Shown here: piece by piece, positions 20,016 through 27,042 of the stretch
Numbering within the stretch: position 1 is the stretch's first letter
How the letters are laid out: the number at the start of each line of letters is the position of its first letter
From: Thermomicrobiales bacterium
Lineage (GTDB): Bacteria > Chloroflexota > Chloroflexia > Thermomicrobiales > UBA6265
Assembly: GCA_049646645.1 (NCBI GenBank)
Contig: JBARWF010000129.1
Coordinates: 318-64,317, forward strand
Direction: 5' to 3'
Length of the DNA: 64,000 nt
The notes under the pieces: generated by a model
Seen by the model: only the letters and a program-made list of their open reading frames with translations
Told to the model about the DNA's origin: nothing
Databases searched by the model: none
Position numbers and translations under genes: made by a program

Positions 20016-20887
20016 TGCCGACCTCGATGCAACGCTGGTTGCCGACCGGGCTGTTCATTGCGCACCTCGGCGCGCTGATCTTCGGCCTGATCGGCATCCT
20101 CGTCATGCTGCCTCATCCTGAACTCTGGTCGGGCGATCCGAAGGCGGTCAGGGTCTTTGATTTCTCGATGAAATATGCCGGGGCAACGCACATCCTGCTC
20201 GGCGCGGCGACCATGCTGGTCGTGGGCGTGTTCGTGCTGGGGTGGCGCAAGACCGCAATCTTCGCGCTGGTCTCAACCAGCCTGTCATTGATGTCCGAAC
20301 TGATCGGAACGGGAACGGGCTGGCCCTTCGGCAATTACGCCTACACCGATTTCCTTGGTTACAAGGTGCTGGGCCGCGTCCCCTACTCGATTCCGCTCTC
20401 CTGGTTCTACATGGGGCTGGCGTCCTACCTGCTGGGTAGCTTGCTGGCGGCACGGCTGGGCCTGCAATGGCGCTCGCTCTGGTCGGTCATCCTGGGTGTC
20501 TGGTTCCTTACCGTCTGGGATCTCGTGCTCGATCCAGCGATGGCGCACCATTCCCTCCGCATCCAGTTCTGGGTGTGGGATCAGACGGGACCGTATTTCG
20601 GGATGCCGATCAAGAACTTCATCGGCTGGTCCCTCACCGGCCTCGTCTTCATGGCTATCAGCCGCGCGCTGTGGCGGGAGGACGCCGTGTTCGCTCCTTG
20701 GGAGTTGGCGATCCCGCTCGGCATCTACATCGCGAACCTCATCTTCGCCATGGTGCTCAGTGCGGGCGTTGGCCTGTGGATTCCCATTGCATTGGCAGCG
20801 GTGCTGGGAATGGTGCCCGCCCTAGCCATCGTGGTACCGCGAATGAGGCTCCAGTCTCGATCCACGTGGGGGCTGGAAGATGTCTGA
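20015..20887 (+). CDS. carotenoid biosynthesis membrane protein (Caroten_synth/DUF422 family, CruF-like hydratase)
   Basis: Start ATG 20015 overlaps the upstream stop (TGATG), with GGGAGGA upstream. Polytopic membrane protein with GTGTGWPFGNYAYT and DPAMAHH blocks. Confidence 0.65.
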   Translation: MPTSMQRWLPTGLFIAHLGALIFGLIGILVMLPHPELWSGDPKAVRVFDFSMKYAGATHILLGAATMLVVGVFVLGWRKTAIFALVSTSLSLMSELIGTGTGWPFGNYAYTDFLGYKVLGRVPYSIPLSWFYMGLASYLLGSLLAARLGLQWRSLWSVILGVWFLTVWDLVLDPAMAHHSLRIQFWVWDQTGPYFGMPIKNFIGWSLTGLVFMAISRALWREDAVFAPWELAIPLGIYIANLIFAMVLSAGVGLWIPIALAAVLGMVPALAIVVPRMRLQSRSTWGLEDV

Positions 20888-21551
20888 CATGCCATGGCGG
20901 TTTCTCCATGGCGCGAGCAAGGTAGTGGTACGACGGCGCCTGGAACTCGAGGTGGACGGTCTGCATCACTTGCCGGCACACGGCCCGGTGCTGATAGCGG
21001 CACGGCATTTTCACCATCTCTACGACGGCTGTGCGCTGTTGGCAACCGTTCCCCGACCACTGCACATCCTGGTCGCCCTGGACTGGGTGACGAATCCGGC
21101 AGGCCGGATCGTCATGGAGCGAGCCTGTCACGCCGCCCGCTGGCCAGTCGTCGAGCGCCCTTCCGGGCCGGGCGGGGTGGTAACGAAACACGCCGCCGTC
21201 GTGTTCCGCCATGCTGCTTGTGCGAGTCTTGACCTCTGGCGAGCGGGCCGGATGCTGCTCGTCTTTCCCGAGGGATACCCCAACATCGACCCCGGCTTTA
21301 CCCCCAAGCGCGACGAAACCGAGTTCCTGCCCTTCCAGCGAGGGTACATCCGGCTGGTCGCGCTGGCCGCGCAGGAGGGGATGCAGGTGCCCATCGTGCC
21401 CACTGGTCTGTCTTACCAACGCGGCGAGAAATGGCGGGTCCATCTGCGGTTCGGTGCCCCGATCTTCATTGAGAAGGGCCGCAGCCAGGAAGAAGCTGCG
21501 GCACAGGCCATCGAGACTGAAGTTCGACTGCTTTCCGCCCCCTTGGCCTGA
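20880..21551 (+). CDS. lysophospholipid (PlsC-type) acyltransferase family protein (CruD-like by context)
   Basis: IAARHFHHLYDG is a variant spacing of the HX4D block. Contains LLVFPEGYP (FPEG block). Overlaps the upstream gene by 8 nt. Confidence 0.65.
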   Translation: MSDMPWRFLHGASKVVVRRRLELEVDGLHHLPAHGPVLIAARHFHHLYDGCALLATVPRPLHILVALDWVTNPAGRIVMERACHAARWPVVERPSGPGGVVTKHAAVVFRHAACASLDLWRAGRMLLVFPEGYPNIDPGFTPKRDETEFLPFQRGYIRLVALAAQEGMQVPIVPTGLSYQRGEKWRVHLRFGAPIFIEKGRSQEEAAAQAIETEVRLLSAPLA

Positions 21552-21615
21552 CCTACATCAAGGCGTGTGCGGGCCGTACCGAGGAGCCAGCTCGCCCCAA
21601 ACCACCCCATACGCC

Positions 21616-21650
21616 AACGGCTCCCATGATGCGTGGGAGCCGTTTTCCTT
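21616..21650 (+). terminator. intrinsic terminator after the cruC/F/D-like operon
   Basis: AACGGCTCCCA-tgatgcg-TGGGAGCCGTT followed by TTCCTT. Confidence 0.65.
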
Positions 21651-21669
21651 GATTCTTGGGGCTTTTTGC

Positions 21670-21745
21670 TGGAGCGGGTGATGGGACTCGAACCCACGAC
21701 ATTTTGCTTGGGAAGCAAACACTCTACCAACTGAGTTACACCCGC
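21670..21745 (-). tRNA. tRNA-Gly (anticodon CCC), CCA encoded
   Basis: Minus-strand cloverleaf: GCGGGTG-TA-ACTC-AGTTGGTA-GAGT-G-TTTGC-TTCCCAA-GCAAA-ATGTC-GTGGG-TTCGAGT-CCCAT-CACCCGC-T-CCA. Confidence 0.93.
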
Positions 21746-21764
21746 GTCGTCCTCACGGAAAGCG

Positions 21765-21773
21765 ATTATAGCA
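21765..21773 (-). promoter_or_regulatory. extended -10 promoter element for tRNA-Gly
   Basis: The minus strand reads TGCTATAAT, ending about 20 nt upstream of the tRNA 5' end. Confidence 0.5.
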
Positions 21774-21932
21774 TCATCTCTCCGTCAGCGCTATCGGCCC
21801 TCGGCAAACGCCCATCCTAGATCCATGCCAATCACCCTCCATTTGAGAGCCGAAGCGCCCCATGAATAACGGGTAGGGTCTCACAGGATGCGCCATGATT
21901 GGGGCTGTCGGGATCGCGCCCAGAGCCGCCTC

Positions 21933-22610
21933 TCACTCTTCTTGCAGGAGGCCGTCCGCGATGCGATAGGTGCGGTCGCAGAGATCGAGCATCCTCTCGT
22001 CGTGTGTAACCATCACGCCCGCCTTTCCTCCTTCTTTGACCAAGCGGGAGAGCATTTCAACTACTTGCCGCCCGCGGGTGGAATCAAGACTCGCCGTGGG
22101 CTCGTCGGCGAGGATCACCGAAGGGTTGTTGATAAGCGCTCGTGCGATGGCGACGCGCTGTCGCTCTCCGCCGGAAAGCACCTCCGGATACCGATCAGCT
22201 CGTTCACCCATGCCCAGTTCCTCGAGCAACCTGGTTGCCCGTTGCGCAACGGACCTTCTCTCGCGCTTCGCGAGATACGGAACAAGGAGCAGCTGATCGC
22301 GGGCACGTAAGAATGGCACCAGATTCGACGCCTGAAAGATGAACCCGATCTTCTCTAGCCGCAACGCCGCCATCTTCGACGTTGACAGAGAATCGATCGA
22401 ACTCCCATCGATGCTGACGCTCCCTGCGGTCGGTTTCAGCAGGGCACCGGCAATCGCCAGCATTGTGGTCTTCCCTGAGCCCGACGGACCGACAACCGCA
22501 ATCAGCTCTCCCGCCTCGACCGACAGATTCGCCTCACGTAACGCCTGGGTACTCGCGTCACCTCGTCCGTAGACCTTCGATACATTCTCGAGCGCAAGCC
22601 GTACTGCCAC
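21933..22610 (-). CDS. ABC transporter ATP-binding protein (MacB/LolD/FtsE-like)
   Basis: Walker A GPSGSGKTT, signature LSGGERQRVAIARAL, Walker B ILADEPT. Confidence 0.9.
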   Translation of the reverse strand: MAVRLALENVSKVYGRGDASTQALREANLSVEAGELIAVVGPSGSGKTTMLAIAGALLKPTAGSVSIDGSSIDSLSTSKMAALRLEKIGFIFQASNLVPFLRARDQLLLVPYLAKRERRSVAQRATRLLEELGMGERADRYPEVLSGGERQRVAIARALINNPSVILADEPTASLDSTRGRQVVEMLSRLVKEGGKAGVMVTHDERMLDLCDRTYRIADGLLQEE

Positions 22611-23722
22611 TATTCCACCCGTCCTATCGCAATCAGCGGATCGATCCGCGCCACACGCACCGCTGACAGCAATGAACCCACGATTCCGACCGCCACCAAC
22701 ACAAGGCCATAGACGACGACCACATTGTTCGAAAGCGAGAAAGGAACATCCGCCGGAATGATTGCCGCAATGGCGTTTGCGAGCGCAGCTCCCACGATTG
22801 TTCCGATCAAAGTCAATATCACCACCTGGCCAACGAGGTCGAGCGCGAGGGTACTCGTCCGTGCGCCGATCGCCTTCAATACACCGAACTGGTGGGTCTT
22901 CTGGAGCGTGATGACATAGAAAAAGACTGTCATGACCAGAGCAGCAATCACGAAGAGAAAGGCAAGAATCGTCGTCACGGTTCCCATCTCGGAAGAGTAC
23001 CCGGGCAACCCCTCGATCACCTGCTGCTTGGTCGCAACGTCGACATCCGGCATCTCAGTGGCAATTCGGTCGAGGACGTGCGTGTCGCCCTGGACGACAA
23101 CCGCGCTAATGGGATTGGAAATGCCGCCCGATTCCTCGAGGCTGTGGAATTTCAGCTTCTGCCATTCGGAGATCGGCATGAAAACGACCGGCAAGTGATT
23201 GTATTTCTGCCCCTTGGTGAATCCGGTGACCGTAAGCGTCTCTCCGGACGGTGTCACATGCAGGGGCTGTCCCAATTTCACCCCATGTCGCTTGAAATCC
23301 TCATCGACCATCACGCCTCCGGCCGGCGCATCAGCGAGGGATGATCCTGAACTTGGATCAGGCGCCAAGAAGCCTTCGGGATCAATCCCCAGCACGGTGG
23401 CATCGATCCGGTTCTTGCCCGATTCATCCACGAGCGTCACCGTCAGGTGCCCGATCGGGGTCGCAGCCGTCACACCGTCGATACTGGCGACCTTGATTAC
23501 CGTCTCCATGGGCAGAATCGATCGGTGCAGAAAGAGTCGTACATCGCGCTCGAAGACCAGACCTTGCGCATCCATCTTTCGAACGCTGGCACCGTTGTCA
23601 GACGACAGCCCGTTGGCGAGGCCGGAGAGAAGAAAGACGAGCCACGCGACAAGAGCGATAATGGCGACAATCAGCGCGGTGCGCAGCCGCGCATGGCGGA
23701 TCTCGCGTAGCGAGAGAAACAC
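22610..23722 (-). CDS. ABC transporter permease (FtsX/MacB-type)
   Basis: 370 aa with an N-terminal TM helix, a large periplasmic domain and a C-terminal FtsX-like 3-TM bundle. Coupled to the ATPase gene. Confidence 0.8.
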   Translation of the reverse strand: MFLSLREIRHARLRTALIVAIIALVAWLVFLLSGLANGLSSDNGASVRKMDAQGLVFERDVRLFLHRSILPMETVIKVASIDGVTAATPIGHLTVTLVDESGKNRIDATVLGIDPEGFLAPDPSSGSSLADAPAGGVMVDEDFKRHGVKLGQPLHVTPSGETLTVTGFTKGQKYNHLPVVFMPISEWQKLKFHSLEESGGISNPISAVVVQGDTHVLDRIATEMPDVDVATKQQVIEGLPGYSSEMGTVTTILAFLFVIAALVMTVFFYVITLQKTHQFGVLKAIGARTSTLALDLVGQVVILTLIGTIVGAALANAIAAIIPADVPFSLSNNVVVVYGLVLVAVGIVGSLLSAVRVARIDPLIAIGRVE

Positions 23723-23748
23723 AACAGGTCCTTTCCTGTTCCGTAGAG

Positions 23749-23779
23749 TTGACAGCTATTAGTCACTGGTGACTAATCA
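23749..23779 (+). promoter_or_regulatory. promoter with overlapping perfect palindrome (candidate PadR operator)
   Basis: TTGACA (23749-23754), 17-nt spacer, ACTAAT (23772-23777). The perfect inverted repeat ATTAGTCAC-TG-GTGACTAAT (23758-23777) covers the spacer and -10. Confidence 0.55.
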
Positions 23780-23877
23780 TTTTCGACTATATCGACATCA
23801 GGGCGTTTGGTCAAGACGGCCGCCCTGATTCTCCGCATAGCATCACGCCAAAGAGGAGTCGTAAGGAGTCCAGATAG

Positions 23878-24423
23878 ATGAACGTAGCTGATGAACGATA
23901 CCTCTTGCTCTTCGGGCTTCTCTCAACGCAACGCCAGCATGGTTATCAAATAAATGAATTCATCGAGCGCAATCTCGGTCGTGTATCGAACATGAAAAAG
24001 GCCACCGCCTACTCGCTCCTCAACCGCCTCGCCAAGGACGGGTTGGTCGACGTCAGCATCGAGCAGGACGGAAATCGCCCGGTACGGCGGGTCTACGGCA
24101 TCACCCCGGATGGGGCGCGTCTTTTCTCTTCGATGCTGAGGGATATCCTGGCCGAGCCCGTCCAAAACGAACCTCACGGCGATATCGCACTCATGTTCAT
24201 CGATCATCTCGATCGAGATATCGCACTGGAAGTCATATCGCAGAGAATTGCTCGGCTGGATGCAGAGATAGACACGCTCGCCGCGTCGCCGCCACACGGG
24301 GTCGGGCTTGGCGTCGATCTCGCGATCAGTCGTCGACTCGCACTGGTTCAAGCTGATCGGGAGTGGTTCTCATCGGCACGCGAGCGGATTCGTCGGCATT
24401 TGCCGGAGACGTCGGAATTCTGA
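23878..24423 (+). CDS. PadR family transcriptional regulator
   Basis: LLLFGLLSTQRQHGYQINEFI...ATAYSLLNRLAKDGLV...RRVYGITPDG. Confidence 0.85.
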   Translation: MNVADERYLLLFGLLSTQRQHGYQINEFIERNLGRVSNMKKATAYSLLNRLAKDGLVDVSIEQDGNRPVRRVYGITPDGARLFSSMLRDILAEPVQNEPHGDIALMFIDHLDRDIALEVISQRIARLDAEIDTLAASPPHGVGLGVDLAISRRLALVQADREWFSSARERIRRHLPETSEF

Positions 24424-24500
24424 ACGCGGCGGAGGGCCGCTGCAGTCTCCCTCATTTGGAGGTGAATACGGCATCCACTCGTTCGGGAACGCTGTGCCTG

Positions 24501-25115
24501 CTATTGCGCTTTCGCGACGATGGCCTCAAGCGCACGAAAGCGCTGCATCGCCACCGGAATCCTCTCCGTATTGATGTGCTCGAGCCCAACGACGAGATCG
24601 GGCCGAACATCGCGCAAGAAGGGAATGATCGCCGAATGGGGAAACACGCCCTCCCTAAATGCTGGCGTGTCGATCTCGGCCCCGCAAGCGCTGACATCCT
24701 CGAGATGCTCAATGGCAAATCGATGGCTCCAGCGCCGACAGAGGAAGCAGCTCGCTCGAGATCAGGTTGAACGGGTCGAACACCAATCCCAGAGCCACCG
24801 TTGGACCGCGCCTCATCACGTCGTCTACATCATCCAGCGTGGCGACCACGTTGTTCACGAACGGCTCCAGCGCGAGCACAGTGCCATGCCGTTCAGCGAC
24901 CGGCAAAGCTCCTCCAGCGCCCGGTAGAACATCGCCTTTGTCGCCATTGAGGAGATCTCAGGATGAGGTAGCCAGTCCGCGGCATTGCGCATGCCGGTCT
25001 CCGTCGCCACGACGGAGGTCCCGAATCGCGACCAACCGCGCCGGTCCCCGGATTCCATCACCGTCACCGCGCCACCGTATCCAACATCGAAGATCACCGC
25101 AATCCGGGCCTGCAT
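24501..25115 (-). pseudogene. sugar phosphate isomerase/epimerase-like (xylose isomerase-like TIM barrel) gene disrupted by two compensating 1-nt indels
   Basis: Frame A gives MQARIAVIFDVGYGG...KAMFYRALEEL. A shifted frame gives LPVAERHGTVLALEPFVNNVVATLDDVDDVMRRGPTVALGLVFDPFNLIS...ALEPSI. The sequence then returns to frame A with AIEHLEDVSACGAEIDTPAFREGVFPHSAIIPFLRDVRPDLVVGLEHINTERIPVAMQRFRALEAIVAKAQ*. The indels sit at A3 runs (24905-24907 and 24717-24719). Confidence 0.5.
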
Positions 25116-25159
25116 CGCCTCCTGACCTGTATCATTCCGACCGAAAGGGAGAGCGAGAG

Positions 25160-26191
25160 ATGAGCCAGACACACGACCAGACCGCATTCACAAACGAACG
25201 TCCCACGACACTTGCCGTCTTGGGAGCAGAGGAGCGCTACGCCGAGTGGCTCGCATACCTGCATGATCTCGGACCGTTGCCCGCCCAGGTGACCGTCCCG
25301 GAGGGCGATGCTCTCCTCGATGCGTTCGGCGACCTCAACGTCCCGGCCGACGATATCGAGACCCTGGTGACTCTGCGATCGCGTCTGGATGAGGACGAGG
25401 ACCTGTCCTGGCTGCTCGAGCGCTGCGTTCACTCATTGCGGGCGAACATGGACGTCGTGACGACTGTGCCCGGCTTCCCGGTCCTGCCCGCTGATATCGG
25501 GCGGATCGCCAATTTCTTCTATGTCTACGTCTACGCGACAATGCTGCCGTTCACGCGAGAGGTCCACAGGCAGCACGGCATTCAGGACGACGCCTCGCGC
25601 GCCATCTTCGCCGATGTCGGGCGCAACATGCTGGTGCACCGCAAGCGACACGGCACGCACGGGCTGGCGGCTCCCGACTGGCTGATGCTGCACTTTCGCG
25701 GCATGATCTTCCAGCTCGGACGGCTCCAGTTCGAGCGGGCGAAGATCGGCGGGCGCACTGGAACCTCGATCCAGGCAGCCAGTCTCCCCTACAAGACCGG
25801 CGATCCGGCGCTCTCGGTCCACATCCCCGATTTCTCAGGGCCGCTCACGCAGGAGGCGTGCGACGACTCGTTTGCCCAGGCGCGCGCGTTCTTTCCTGCC
25901 CATTTTCCGGAGGAGGATGTGCACATCGCGGTCTGTAACTCGTGGCTGCTCGATGAGCAACTTGGCGATTACCTCTCGCCGGGGTCGAACATCCTCGCGT
26001 TCCAGCGGCGATTCCAGGAGATCCGGCCCACGGAATGGACCAACACCGGTATCCTCCGCTTCGTCTTTGGCCCGACCGACGCCCCGCTCGATGAGCGCCC
26101 ACAGCAGACGACGGTAGAGCGCGCCGTGGTCGAGCACATCCGGGCGGGCAAGGAGTGGCACGGCGGCATGGGCTGGATGGTGTTTCGTTAG
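25160..26191 (+). CDS. acyltransferase domain-containing protein (N-acyltransferase N-terminal plus GNAT-like C-terminal architecture)
   Basis: Start ATG 25160 (MSQTHDQ), within track ORF 24767..26191. C-terminal block HIAVCNSWLLDEQL is typical of this family. Confidence 0.6.
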   Translation: MSQTHDQTAFTNERPTTLAVLGAEERYAEWLAYLHDLGPLPAQVTVPEGDALLDAFGDLNVPADDIETLVTLRSRLDEDEDLSWLLERCVHSLRANMDVVTTVPGFPVLPADIGRIANFFYVYVYATMLPFTREVHRQHGIQDDASRAIFADVGRNMLVHRKRHGTHGLAAPDWLMLHFRGMIFQLGRLQFERAKIGGRTGTSIQAASLPYKTGDPALSVHIPDFSGPLTQEACDDSFAQARAFFPAHFPEEDVHIAVCNSWLLDEQLGDYLSPGSNILAFQRRFQEIRPTEWTNTGILRFVFGPTDAPLDERPQQTTVERAVVEHIRAGKEWHGGMGWMVFR

Positions 26192-26314
26192 ATCGCGCCT
26201 ATGTCCGCCCATCCCCACGCCGGTCATCCATCGGCGCACTACTCGCGACAGCCGAAGCCTTCGGATGACCTCGCACGGTGATGCGTAGGCATTGCCGAAA
26301 TGCCACACCAAGGA

Positions 26315-26345
26315 GAGATTTCCTCGACTCCGCTCGAAATGACGG
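26315..26345 (-). repeat. copy of dispersed intergenic repeat (consensus CGTCATTTCGAGCGCAGTCGAGAAATCTC)
   Basis: The plus strand reads GAGATTTCCTCGACTCCGCTCGAAATGACGG, the reverse complement of the consensus with 2-3 mismatches. Confidence 0.7.
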
Positions 26346-26544
26346 AACTGCGCCGTTCACAACGCCGGAAAAGGCGCCTTAAATGAAGCGCTTTTCTTCG
26401 ATCCCGCCCGTCATCGGGGGTTCCCCGCCGATTGGTGGTTTCGCTTGGACGTTTTCTGGCAATTCTGAGGGGATATGTAGCGCGGAGGCGCTCTGAGGAC
26501 ATTCTCATAGCCGTGCATTGCCGTATTTCGGCGACAATGCCCCC

Positions 26545-26859
26545 CTACTCCATGCGGAAGATCTCGGGCATGAGGCGGCTTGGACCGGATTCGGCGTCCA
26601 CCGGGGCTTCGAGGAAGTTGCTCATGAACGCCTGCCAGCGCCGGTTGGCATCGCTCTCGGCCAAACGCGCGTTGGCCGCCTCCCAATCGTCGCACTCCAC
26701 GAACGCGAAGAGATCGAGCCCATCGTGAAAGATGGAATAGTTCCGTAACCCGGCCTCGTGCATATCGCTCAGCAGCTCCGGCCAGACGGCCGCGTGATGC
26801 GCAATGTACTCATCGAGCTTGCCCTCCTGAACCCGCATCCGAAACGCGATCCGTGCCAT
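26545..26859 (-). CDS. rhaM: L-rhamnose mutarotase
   Basis: 104 aa: MARIAFRMRVQEGKLDEYIAHHAAVWPELL...GLRNYSIF matches the RhaM pattern. Confidence 0.8.
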   Translation of the reverse strand: MARIAFRMRVQEGKLDEYIAHHAAVWPELLSDMHEAGLRNYSIFHDGLDLFAFVECDDWEAANARLAESDANRRWQAFMSNFLEAPVDAESGPSRLMPEIFRME

Positions 26860-26985
26860 CCTGCTCCCTCTCCGCTTTGCCGACTGCTGTCGTGGCCATT
26901 AGCTGAACTGCGTCAATGCCGCATTGTCGCCCGTCATAGCCGATCGTCAAGACCGACAGGGGACACGCCTCGCGCAGATGAAAGA

Positions 26986-27015
26986 AGGCGCCGCCCGGAT
27001 TGATCCGGGCGGCGC
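26986..27015 (-). terminator. intrinsic terminator downstream of leuS
   Basis: GGCGCCGCCCGGA-ttga-TCCGGGCGGCGCC. On the minus strand it is followed by TTCTTTC, 28 nt after the leuS stop. Confidence 0.7.
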
Positions 27016-27042
27016 CTCAAGCCCTATTGCAATCGTTGGGAA

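Noticed and set aside
24767-25159. N-terminal 131-aa extension of the acyltransferase track ORF. Similar extensions occur on crtI (18736-18942), the aldolase gene (58337-58519), oppD (59604-59771), the translin-like gene (29875-30240) and the CruF-like gene (19898-20014).
   Set aside because: The extensions are low complexity and overlap other features (the pseudogene, the T-box leader, the upstream gene). Internal ATGs with good Shine-Dalgarno sequences coincide with the onset of recognisable protein sequence.
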